Source: an uncultured Chroococcidiopsis sp. (GTDB lineage: Bacteria > Cyanobacteriota > Cyanobacteriia > Cyanobacteriales > Chroococcidiopsidaceae). From it: a stretch of DNA of 31,822 nt. Shown here piece by piece: positions 1 to 8,423 of the stretch (position 1 is the first letter of the stretch; every line of letters starts with the position of its first letter). A model generated the notes under the pieces. The model worked only from the letters and a program-made list of their open reading frames with translations, was not told the origin of the DNA and made no database searches. The position numbers and the translations under genes are program-made. The stretch covers positions 1 to 31,822 of the forward strand of contig CAXTYC010000048.1 in the NCBI GenBank assembly GCA_964248365.1, in the 5' to 3' direction.

Positions 1-405
1 TACTCTACCCATGCTCAAACAACTTGCTACTTCCGATCAAGGTGGGGATGTGCGAAGTGCAGCAGTGAAAGAATTAGCCCAAGGGTGGAAAGATGAACCC
101 GATACTCTACCCATGCTCAAACAACTTGCTACATCTGATGAGCATTGGTATGTGCGACGTGTAGCAGTGAAAGAATTAGCCCAAGGGTGGAAAGATGAAC
201 CCGACACTCTACCTATGCTCAAACAACTTGCTACTTCCGATCAAGGTGGGGATGTGCGACGTGCAGCAGTGAAAGAATTAGCCCAAGGGTGGAAAGATGA
301 ACCCGATACTCTACCCATGCTCAAACAACTTGCTACTTCCGATCAAGGTGGGGATGTGCGACGTGCAGTAGTGCGAGAATTAGCTCAAGGGTGGAAAGAT
401 GAACC
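1..405 (+). repeat. Four near-identical 102-bp coding tandem repeats
   Basis: Units start at 1, 103, 205 and 307 ((t/c)actctacc(c/t)atgctcaaacaacttgctac). Confidence 0.95.
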
Positions 406-625
406 TGGGATGTTTGAGTTTTTGCACGATCGCGCCATCTACGATCCCTTTGAGCGTGAGACTGACTGGCAAACCAACCCTCGGCAAGCAACACTTGAGG
501 CAATCATCGAGCATTATCCCAACCATCCCCAAATTCTACCACTGTTGCGCGACAGAGCGGAAAATGACCCCGATGAGCAAGTACGCAAATTTGCTAGGGA
601 GAAATTAGCAGATTTAGAGAACTAA
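2..625 (+). CDS. C-terminal part of a HEAT-repeat protein (5' end lies outside the window)
   Basis: Frame is open from base 2. Four 34-aa HEAT-like units (TLPMLKQLATSDxxxxVRxxxVxELAQGWKDEP), then a capping region ending DPDEQVRKFAREKL. Confidence 0.85.
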   Translation, partial: TLPMLKQLATSDQGGDVRSAAVKELAQGWKDEPDTLPMLKQLATSDEHWYVRRVAVKELAQGWKDEPDTLPMLKQLATSDQGGDVRRAAVKELAQGWKDEPDTLPMLKQLATSDQGGDVRRAVVRELAQGWKDEPGMFEFLHDRAIYDPFERETDWQTNPRQATLEAIIEHYPNHPQILPLLRDRAENDPDEQVRKFAREKLADLEN

Positions 626-652
626 AATTAGGAAAAGCGGGAAAATACAATT

Positions 653-907
653 ATGACTACATCTGTTAAAACTACCAGAGTATACGACGAAATTATTGAC
701 TTCATTGCTGCTGGAACTACTCCCCAAAGTGCGATCGATTTTAAACTATCAGATGCAGCACAAGAGCGTGTAGCTGATCTAGTTTACCTGGCAAAAACTG
801 AAGGTCTTACAGGGGATGAAAAGAAAGAATTAGACCACTACCTGACGCTAGAGCATATAATGAGGCTGGCAAAAGCACGGGCTTATACCTACATTAGCAC
901 TGAGTAA
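653..907 (+). CDS. Small hypothetical protein, putative antitoxin-like partner of the downstream HNH gene
   Basis: 84-aa helical ORF ending 9 nt before the HNH ORF; the arrangement resembles a two-gene toxin-antitoxin pair. Confidence 0.65.
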   Translation: MTTSVKTTRVYDEIIDFIAAGTTPQSAIDFKLSDAAQERVADLVYLAKTEGLTGDEKKELDHYLTLEHIMRLAKARAYTYISTE

Positions 908-916
908 ATATTCAAA

Positions 917-1357
917 GTGTCACGTTCTTACATTAATGCAGATCTTCGGCGTTTAGTTGCTGTCCGTGCTGATTATCTGTGCGAATACTGCTTGATTCCA
1001 GATACAAACGGCTTAAGCTTTCAGGTTGACCATATTATCAGTGTAAAACACGGTGGACTCGCAACAGAAGATAATCTTGCCTATGCTTGTGTTTTCTGTA
1101 ATCTCCAAAAAGGGACTGATTTGGGATCGATAGTTTGGCGGACTGGAGAACTAGTTAGATTCTTCAACCCACGTCGAGACTTTTAGGGAGATCACTTTCG
1201 ATTAGATGAGTCTTTGATTCAACCGTTGACAGATATTGGCGAAGTGACAGCACGAATTTTCGATTTCAATAATAATGACCGAATTATAGAGCGGCAGGCA
1301 TTGATAGCAGTTGGTAGGTATCCATCTGCGTCTGCATTACGACGTATGACTAGGTAA
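917..1357 (+). pseudogene. HNH endonuclease interrupted by an in-frame TAG at 1184-1186
   Basis: Motifs CEYC, DHII..KHGG, NLAYACVFCN, FFNPR. After the TAG the same frame continues GDHFRLDESLIQPLTDIGEVTARIFDFN...GRYP to TAA at 1355-1357 (146 codons in total). Confidence 0.85.
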
Positions 1358-1426
1358 GCACAAAAAGGCATCGCAACTCCCACTATGCTTTAATGGATTA
1401 GCCGAACCAGCCCAATTGCTACACCT

Positions 1427-3304
1427 GTGAAGCTACATCCATCCTTTGGTAGATTTATCGTGCTGATGTCAGTCTTGAGTTGCCTGGGTTTAGCCAGCTT
1501 GGGCTATAGAGCATCGCAGCATCCGAAACCAACGGCAAAAACTAATCCTCCCCAGACACCTACTGGCTTTTCTCAGCTTTCACCCCTCCCCCAACCTGGG
1601 GAAACTTGGGAATGCTCGGTTATCGTGGTTGGTGGTTCTTTGGGAGGAGTAGCGGCTGCATCTGTTGCTATGCAATCTGGGGCTAAAACTTGTTTAATTG
1701 AAGTTAGTCCTTGGTTAGGAGGGCAAATTAGCTCTCAAGGAGTATCAGCAGTAGATGAATCATTGGCGATGCGGGCGAAGGAAAATTATTCGACGAGTTG
1801 GAGCAATTTCAAGCAGTTAATCGCACAGCAATCGGTAAATCTTCCCGCTTGGACTAATTCTTCTCCCCGTCAGGTAAAAGACATTAATAGCTGTTGGGTA
1901 GGAAAGCTCTGTTTTCCCCCCACAGCCGGAGCAGCAGCAGCAGAAAAACTGCTAAAATTATCATCACAAAAGGCTCCTGGTAGTCGTTGGGGAAGTGCGA
2001 TCGCTTTTAAAGGAGCCTCTTTTGACAGCACGGGTAAGCAGATTACAGCTATCTATGCAGTGCGTAGAATACCACGCGATCGCAACTATATTCCTAAAGG
2101 TAGGCTATCGCAAGAATTGACTTCTTGGTATTCCTGGTATAGCGATTCTGAATTTGAAAAAGTGCCTCTACGTCTGCAAGCTCCTCCCAACAAGAAACTA
2201 ATAGTAATCGATGCCACTGATACGGGAGAATTGGTAGGATGGGCAGGTATCCCCTATCGCCTGGGTTCAGAATCTCGTGCTACAACGGGTGAACCCCACG
2301 CCGCACCCAAAGACAACCCAGAATGCACCCAAGCATTTACTTTTCCCTTCGTACTTGCGATTCACGATGATGGGGGTTTTAGCCGTAAGCAATTAGCTAA
2401 CATCCAATCAGGAATTTCTGTAGCAGAGCATCGCCGTGATTTCTCCCTAGAAGGGTTTCCCGTGTTTGCGGGTAGGAGCTTTTTTAACTACCGCCGCCTT
2501 GTCAGCCTCACTCGTAATAATCCTTTTGTTGCAACTCCTTCGGCTGGAGATATGACGCTTGTCAACTGGAATCGGGGTAATGACTGGAGTTGGATGAACC
2601 CACCTCTGATTCTGACAGAGAAATTGCTTGCTAGCTCTGGGCAACGTCAAAACTGGATGGGGGGAATTTCCTTAGATGCGCTCAAGGAAGCGGAAAATCA
2701 TGCCCTACTGTTCTCCCAATGGCTGATGGAAACCCAGTCAAAAAAGAATTTTCCCTTGGCGCATTTATCAGGGGCTGATTCGCCTATGGGTACGCTTTCG
2801 GGGTTGAGTATGATGCCTTATATCCGCGAAGGACGAAGAATTTTAGGACGCAAAGCTTACGGGCAAAATCAGTTTATTATGCGTGAACAGGATCTGCGTA
2901 CTGATTTACCAGGTGGGCGCAACTTCAAGACAACGGCTGTAGCCTTGACTCACTATGATATCGATTTACACGGGTGTCGTTATCGCAACTGGCATCCCTC
3001 CTATGAGGCTACATCAGCACCTGCAAGAGAATTTGTGATTCGACCGACTTTTATTCCTTTAGAGAGTTTAATTCCCCAGCAGATTGATAACTTACTTATT
3101 GGTGGTAAGAGCATCGCCGTTACTCACATTGTAAATTCTGTTACCCGCATCCATTACAGCGAGTGGAGTGTCGGCGCGGCGGCGGGTGTAACTGCCAGCT
3201 GGCTGCATCAAAAGAATGTGACTGCGGCTGAGATTGTACCAAAGAAATTAATGCCGCAATTGCAACAAAACTTGAAAAAACAGGGCTTGCGTCTTTCTTG
3301 GTGA
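1427..3304 (+). CDS. FAD-dependent oxidoreductase (FAD_oxidored family) with N-terminal signal/anchor
   Basis: Rossmann motif VIVVGGSLGGVAAA, WLGGQ, IDATDTGEL, PYIREGRR, IPLESLIP, NLLIGGK; hydrophobic N-terminus. Confidence 0.88.
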   Translation: MKLHPSFGRFIVLMSVLSCLGLASLGYRASQHPKPTAKTNPPQTPTGFSQLSPLPQPGETWECSVIVVGGSLGGVAAASVAMQSGAKTCLIEVSPWLGGQISSQGVSAVDESLAMRAKENYSTSWSNFKQLIAQQSVNLPAWTNSSPRQVKDINSCWVGKLCFPPTAGAAAAEKLLKLSSQKAPGSRWGSAIAFKGASFDSTGKQITAIYAVRRIPRDRNYIPKGRLSQELTSWYSWYSDSEFEKVPLRLQAPPNKKLIVIDATDTGELVGWAGIPYRLGSESRATTGEPHAAPKDNPECTQAFTFPFVLAIHDDGGFSRKQLANIQSGISVAEHRRDFSLEGFPVFAGRSFFNYRRLVSLTRNNPFVATPSAGDMTLVNWNRGNDWSWMNPPLILTEKLLASSGQRQNWMGGISLDALKEAENHALLFSQWLMETQSKKNFPLAHLSGADSPMGTLSGLSMMPYIREGRRILGRKAYGQNQFIMREQDLRTDLPGGRNFKTTAVALTHYDIDLHGCRYRNWHPSYEATSAPAREFVIRPTFIPLESLIPQQIDNLLIGGKSIAVTHIVNSVTRIHYSEWSVGAAAGVTASWLHQKNVTAAEIVPKKLMPQLQQNLKKQGLRLSW

Positions 3305-3318
3305 ACTAGGGGCTAGGA

Positions 3319-3351
3319 GCTAGACTTGCTCCTACGCTCTGGCCTGGGAGC
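3319..3351 (+). repeat. 33-bp dispersed hairpin repeat, copy 1
   Basis: gctagacttgctcctacgctctggcctgggagc, identical to 4097-4129; internal stem gctcc...ggagc. Confidence 0.9.
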
Positions 3352-3490
3352 GAAAAGGGGGTTAGGAAGAAATTTATCTGTTCAGGTTGCTCGTGCGATC
3401 GCACACGAGCGCGTATTAGTTAACACTCAATGCTTAATATGTATATGATAGAGATAGATTGTTATCTCATTACCTGTTGAGGTGAGCGAG

Positions 3491-3853
3491 ATGAAAAAGA
3501 TCCTGGCTCTAACTGCTCTACTAACGCTTTGTACGGTAACTCCTGTTCAAGCAGGGGCGCGAGTAAATTTCGGAGTGTCGGACGATAATGGTTCAGGGGT
3601 AATTATAGTTCCTTCTGGTCAGCACTATTGGAATGACTCACTAGGCTACCACAACAGTTGGGTTCGCCCATATTACTATCCACGCTACAGGTACAATCGG
3701 TTTTACGATCCGCGCGTGGGAGGTTTTAGCCCACGCTACAGGCGGTACAGTCGGTTTTACGATCCGCGCGTGGGAGGTTTTAGCCCATATCATCGGTATC
3801 GTCGATACTACTATCCACGTCGTAGCTTCATCCAATTCGGAATTGGTTTTTGA
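3491..3853 (+). CDS. Small exported Tyr/Arg-rich protein with an internal tandem duplication
   Basis: Shine-Dalgarno GAGGTGA just upstream of ATG 3491; Sec signal MKKILALTALLTLCTVTPVQA; RFYDPRVGGFSP occurs twice; ends QFGIGF. Confidence 0.8.
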   Translation: MKKILALTALLTLCTVTPVQAGARVNFGVSDDNGSGVIIVPSGQHYWNDSLGYHNSWVRPYYYPRYRYNRFYDPRVGGFSPRYRRYSRFYDPRVGGFSPYHRYRRYYYPRRSFIQFGIGF

Positions 3854-4096
3854 ACAGCTCAATGGTAGCCATGAAGCCAACGTTTAGCTTTTAGCCCAAT
3901 AAACCAGATTCCTCTCAATTGAAAAACACTTGCGATCGCGCTTTTAACTGCATTTCCATACCTTTAGCAGTTGGAAGCGATCGCCCCTATTTATAAAACT
4001 CGATTGCTTCAAACTTTTAGTATCAACTTAATTTAGCTTTTAGCTACACACTCTTTATATTGATTGTAAGCACAATTAATTGTACTAGGGGCTGGG

Positions 4097-4129
4097 GCTA
4101 GACTTGCTCCTACGCTCTGGCCTGGGAGC
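4097..4129 (+). repeat. 33-bp dispersed hairpin repeat, copy 2
   Basis: Identical to 3319-3351, embedded in ctagggg-type STRR. Confidence 0.9.
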
Positions 4130-4190
4130 AAGGAGGGGGCTAGGGGTTTGTTGGGTGCGGGAAAATTTTTCTAATTAAAGTTTGAGTTTT

Positions 4191-4227
4191 GCATAAAATT
4201 TGCCCATAAAGTGCGAGAGATAAATAG
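4191..4227 (+). promoter_or_regulatory. Putative ECF-type promoter GCATAAA-N16-CGAG-N7-TAG upstream of the sigma-like gene
   Basis: GCATAAA at 4191-4197, CGAG at 4214-4217, TAG at 4225-4227; the same motif with the same spacing occurs at 19842-19806 (-). Confidence 0.55.
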
Positions 4228-4260
4228 AAGGTTGCATCAATTTGACGCTTTTGGGGGCAA

Positions 4261-4905
4261 ATGAATCAAATGGGTAGAGAAGAACTAGATGAGCAACTCG
4301 AACAGCTAGCACTCATTGCCCAACAGCATCCACAGGGGACACCAAAGCGCCAGCTAGCTTTAGGGCAGCTGGTTGGGATGATTTTGACATCAAATCGGCT
4401 TTGTCGTCCACAACGGGGGAATTTCGCCCATCGTTATGAAGAAATTTATGAGGAGGCAAGACAGGATCTCTTGTTTTATGTTTGCCAAAATATTGATAAG
4501 TATAATCCAGAACGTGGAGGGGTGATGGCATGGTGTAATGTTTTGCTAGAAAGGCGATTTTTTAGAGAAGCTATTCCAAAGGTTTTAGATAAGCAAGATA
4601 TTCAGAAAGTGACCATTACCGATTTAGATAATTTTGCTTTGCCTGAAGAGTCGCCAAGTCTAACAGAAGTCATTCAGGAATGTATAGCATTAGATCCTGA
4701 GAATTTGTTCAAAAATTCTTATATAGAAAACAATCCACAAGCTAATTTTCAAATTTTGACTCAGCAAAGATTAGCAGGAAAGTCTTGGAAAGATATTTCT
4801 GAAAGTTTTGGGATTAAGTTACCAACGCTTAGCAGTTTTTACTACCGTTGCTTAAATCGATTTGCTTCTTATTTAAAAGAATATTGTAGCAGAAATTTAA
4901 CTTAA
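4261..4905 (+). CDS. Sigma-70/ECF-like RNA polymerase sigma factor
   Basis: Region-2-like EEARQDLLFYVCQNIDKYNPERGGVMAWCNVLL; region-4 HTH GKSWKDISESFGIKLPTLSSFYYRCL; 214 aa. Confidence 0.8.
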   Translation: MNQMGREELDEQLEQLALIAQQHPQGTPKRQLALGQLVGMILTSNRLCRPQRGNFAHRYEEIYEEARQDLLFYVCQNIDKYNPERGGVMAWCNVLLERRFFREAIPKVLDKQDIQKVTITDLDNFALPEESPSLTEVIQECIALDPENLFKNSYIENNPQANFQILTQQRLAGKSWKDISESFGIKLPTLSSFYYRCLNRFASYLKEYCSRNLT

Positions 4906-4922
4906 ATTCACCTGACAAACCA

Positions 4923-5858
4923 ATGACGAAAGAATTATCAAATTTAACCTTTAACGTACCTTTGGGAGCAGAAGCTCATCGCCTAGCTCAACAGTTTTGT
5001 AGAAAACAAAGCGGCTCTAAAGTTAAACAAGTCTATCTCAATACTTTAGCAGTGTCTGCTGTCAATTTCTACCTGCAATGCATGGGAATTAAAACAAACT
5101 GGAAAGGTAGTTTAAGTTATTCTCTAGTATTGGGGTCACTTATGGATGTTGCCGATCTAGAAATTCCTAAAATAGGCAAGTTAGAATGTCGTCCAATTTT
5201 ACCACAAACAAATATACTTACTATCCCACCAGAAGTATGGTGCGATCGCCTTGCTTACCTAGCTGTAAGACTTGACTCTTCGCTTGAACAAGCAACACTG
5301 CTAGGATTTACTAAAAAGGCTCCAGAAAGTGGTGAGTTACCCATTAGCCAGTTGCATTCTCTCGAAGATTTTCTCGAATACTTGCATCAAATTAGACAAC
5401 TTCAACCAGCTACAATGCGGGTGAACCTCAGCCAATGGTTTGATCATGTTTTTACAGATAGTTGGCAATCGGTAGAAGCACTTTTAACTACACCAGAAAA
5501 TTTAGCCTTCAGCTTCAGGAGTGCTTCAAGATTGGGTGAAGCTGGTGTTAAAAGGGCGAAACTAATCGACTTGGGATTGCAACTAGCAAATCAGTCTGTA
5601 GCATTACTGGTGGCGATCGCGCCAGATGTCGATGACAAAGTGACTATTCTGGTACAATTACATCCAACGAATGCAGATTATCTGCCACCCGACATCAAAC
5701 TAATTCTACTCTCGGATGGCTCAACACTTCAACTTGTTGAATCTCGCACTGAGGATAACTACATTCAACTGAAACGATTTCGAGTTAACCCAAACGAATG
5801 CTTTGATATTCAAGTAGCTTTTGGTAATGTTAAAGTAACCGAGTCTTTCACCATCTAA
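4923..5858 (+). CDS. DUF1822 family protein
   Basis: Characteristic QVYLNTLAVSAVNFYL, GKLECRP, IPPEVW, VNLSQWF, RAKLIDLG and YIQL motifs; starts 17 nt after the sigma gene. Confidence 0.85.
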   Translation: MTKELSNLTFNVPLGAEAHRLAQQFCRKQSGSKVKQVYLNTLAVSAVNFYLQCMGIKTNWKGSLSYSLVLGSLMDVADLEIPKIGKLECRPILPQTNILTIPPEVWCDRLAYLAVRLDSSLEQATLLGFTKKAPESGELPISQLHSLEDFLEYLHQIRQLQPATMRVNLSQWFDHVFTDSWQSVEALLTTPENLAFSFRSASRLGEAGVKRAKLIDLGLQLANQSVALLVAIAPDVDDKVTILVQLHPTNADYLPPDIKLILLSDGSTLQLVESRTEDNYIQLKRFRVNPNECFDIQVAFGNVKVTESFTI

Positions 5859-5877
5859 TCGCTTTCCTTAGACGGCA

Positions 5878-8172
5878 ATGAATAAGTTGGTTGTCTTGAG
5901 CCTGGGAAATGGTAACTTGTATAACGGCTTTCCTACCGTTACTGCACAGGTTTGGGAACAAAGCGATCGACCAATCAAATTTACAGGCTGTTTACCAGCT
6001 TCCCCTGAAATTGCCGAACTATATAAATATTGGCAACTGCTATATTCTGCTCTCTATCAACGTCTCGATTTAAATCCTCGCATTGAAATTGATGCTGGAG
6101 ACGTGACTAATGTTTCTTCTGTTGAGTTTAGTCATTTGTGTGAGCGTTTGTCAAAGGAAATTAATATTTGGTTAAAATCTGAATCTTTTCGCCACATTGA
6201 GCAGCAATTACGCACATATTTGCACTCAGATGAAGAAATTCGATTCATTATTGAAACCAGCGACAATCTGCTAAAAAGATTGCCTTGGCATTTATGGCAA
6301 TTGTTTGAAGATTATCCCAAAGCGGAAGTTGCCTTAAGTGATACACAGTACCAAAAACCAAATAAATCAATTGCGAAGAAAACGAAATATAAAGTTAGAA
6401 TTTTAGCAATTTTTGGTAATAGTAAAGGAATCGATTTGAGAAAAGATCGATTTTTTTTAGAGCAATTATCGGACAAAGCAGAAATAAAATTCTTAGTAGA
6501 GCCGCGACTAGAGATTTTGCACGATCGCTTGTGGCAAGAATGGGATATTCTATTTTTTGCAGGTCATAGTTTCAGCAAAGAAAAAGGGATAATTCAGCTT
6601 AATCAAACTGAAGCGATCGCGCTTGACTCTTTAAAATATGCCTTGAAGAAAGCTATTAGCAAAGGATTAAAGCTAGCGATTTTTAACTCTTGTGATGGCT
6701 TAGGCTTGGCGCAGGCACTATTTGATTTACACATTCCCCAAGTTATAGTAATGCGAGAGCCAGTGCCAGACGTGGTGGCTCAAGAATTCTTAAAGCATTT
6801 TCTGGCGACATTTTCAAGTGGACAATCTTTATATGCTTCAGTGCGGGAAGCACGAGAAAGGCTACAAAAACTAGAGAATAAATATCCTTGCGCTACTTGG
6901 CTACCTGTAATTTGCCAAAATCCGGCACAAATACCGACTACTTGGCAAGAATGGTGTGGAACAAAAAGCCACTCGTTCAAAACCAGCAAGCAGCGTCTTC
7001 AAAAGATACTGCTGGCGAGTGTGGTGGTAACTGCTTTAATCATGGGAGTGCGCCAGCTAGGAATGCTACAAAGTTGGGAGTTGCAGGCTTTTGACTCTTT
7101 GATCCGGTTGCGATCAGATGAAAAGCCAGATCCACGCCTTTTGATAGTTACTGTAACTGAAGAAGATATTCAGAATCAGAATATCAAGGAAATGAGAAGT
7201 TTATCGGATGGTGCGTTAACGCAACTATTAAAGAAACTACAGCCATATCAACCGCAAGTTATTGGCTTGGATATTTATCGCAATTTCCCTGTAGATCCCA
7301 ACTATGCAAATTTAAAAACATATTTGCAGGATCGGCGCTTGATTGCTGTTTGCGAAGTTGGTGAAAACGATTATAAAGGAATTGGACACCCACCAGAAAT
7401 TCCACAAGATCAAATCAGTTTTAGCGATTTTCCAGTTGATAGCGATCGCGTCATTCGTCGTCAATTATTGGGTATGGCTCCCGATCCGAAGTCTTTTTGT
7501 TCAACAGATACATCATTTAGCTTCCGAGTCGCGCTAAATTATTTATCTAGCCTCGGCATTGAGTCTAAACTAACCCCAGAAAGAAACTGGCAAATCGGCA
7601 ATGTCGTTTTTAAGAAACTCGAATCTGATGCAGGCGGTTATCAGCAGTTAGATGCATTGGGATACCAAGTATTGCTCAATTACCGCTGCTCTAATTCTGT
7701 GGCAAAGCAAGTCAGTCTTTACGACATCTTAAGCGGTTCGCTTGATGCTGAATTACCTAATTTAGTTAAAAATAAAATCGTCTTGATTGGCACTACAGCC
7801 AAAAGCTTTAAAGATTATTTTACCACACCTTATAGCGCTGGTCAATCATCTGAGGAACTGCCTGGAGTGGTTATTCATGCAGAGATGGTGAGTCAGATTA
7901 TTAGTGCTGTATTGGATCGGCGAACAATGTTGTGGTGGCTACCTGGTTGGGGTGAAACGCTCTGGATCTGGAGTTGGTCTTTTGTGGGTGGTATATTGGT
8001 ATGGTTGCGATCGCCTGTACGTCTTGGCGGTGCGATCGTCTTTGCACTGATTATCTTATCTGGACTTTGCTTTGTTGTGTTGCTTTTGGGTGGTTGGATA
8101 CCACTCGTACCCTCAGCCTTGGCTTTATTACTCACTAGCGGTAGTTTAGTTGCTTATAAGATATTGCAGTAG
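5878..8172 (+). CDS. Membrane protein: N-terminal CHAT (caspase-like) domain, TM, CHASE2 sensor, 3 TM
   Basis: CHAT motifs LPWHLW, FFAGHS (His), IFNSCDG (Cys), VMREPVPD; CHASE2 motifs DPRLLIVTVTEEDI, IGLDIYR, KIVLIG, PGVVIHA; three C-terminal hydrophobic helices. Confidence 0.9.
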   Translation: MNKLVVLSLGNGNLYNGFPTVTAQVWEQSDRPIKFTGCLPASPEIAELYKYWQLLYSALYQRLDLNPRIEIDAGDVTNVSSVEFSHLCERLSKEINIWLKSESFRHIEQQLRTYLHSDEEIRFIIETSDNLLKRLPWHLWQLFEDYPKAEVALSDTQYQKPNKSIAKKTKYKVRILAIFGNSKGIDLRKDRFFLEQLSDKAEIKFLVEPRLEILHDRLWQEWDILFFAGHSFSKEKGIIQLNQTEAIALDSLKYALKKAISKGLKLAIFNSCDGLGLAQALFDLHIPQVIVMREPVPDVVAQEFLKHFLATFSSGQSLYASVREARERLQKLENKYPCATWLPVICQNPAQIPTTWQEWCGTKSHSFKTSKQRLQKILLASVVVTALIMGVRQLGMLQSWELQAFDSLIRLRSDEKPDPRLLIVTVTEEDIQNQNIKEMRSLSDGALTQLLKKLQPYQPQVIGLDIYRNFPVDPNYANLKTYLQDRRLIAVCEVGENDYKGIGHPPEIPQDQISFSDFPVDSDRVIRRQLLGMAPDPKSFCSTDTSFSFRVALNYLSSLGIESKLTPERNWQIGNVVFKKLESDAGGYQQLDALGYQVLLNYRCSNSVAKQVSLYDILSGSLDAELPNLVKNKIVLIGTTAKSFKDYFTTPYSAGQSSEELPGVVIHAEMVSQIISAVLDRRTMLWWLPGWGETLWIWSWSFVGGILVWLRSPVRLGGAIVFALIILSGLCFVVLLLGGWIPLVPSALALLLTSGSLVAYKILQ

Positions 8173-8189
8173 GGTGGGCATTGCCCACC
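8169..8189 (+). repeat. GTAG-type REP-like palindrome overlapping the stop codon of the CHAT-CHASE2 gene
   Basis: gtagggtgggcattgcccacc; stem ggtgggca/tgcccacc; its TAG is the gene's stop codon. Confidence 0.8.
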
Positions 8190-8241
8190 AAGTTATTTTT
8201 AACGAACCGCAGAGAACGCAGAGAACGCAGAGGTAAGAAAA

Positions 8242-8303
8242 GCGGAAAGTCGGGGTGTTTTTAGAGATGGGGTCTCCCCATCTCCTCCCGAACTTTCCAA
8301 GAC
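8242..8303. repeat. Small inverted-repeat element (gcggaaagt...aactttccaagac) with a nested palindrome
   Basis: Same ends as the element at 10906-10953; contains gagatggggtctccccatctc. Confidence 0.7.
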
Positions 8304-8423
8304 AAGAGAGATTTTCATGAATCATACGGGATTGTTGTAGTCAATAATGGTAGTTTGATTGCTTATCCGATATTGCAAGGTAAACAAGTGTAATTAAATA
8401 TATAAGAATTTGGTGCGCTACTG

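Noticed and set aside
1..405. CRISPR or DGR-like repeats
   Set aside because: These are in-frame coding repeats; there are no spacers and no reverse transcriptase in the window.
8315..8350. Third copy of the sigma promoter motif upstream of DUF928 (tcatgaa...gtag)
   Set aside because: Several mismatches and altered spacing; not supportable.
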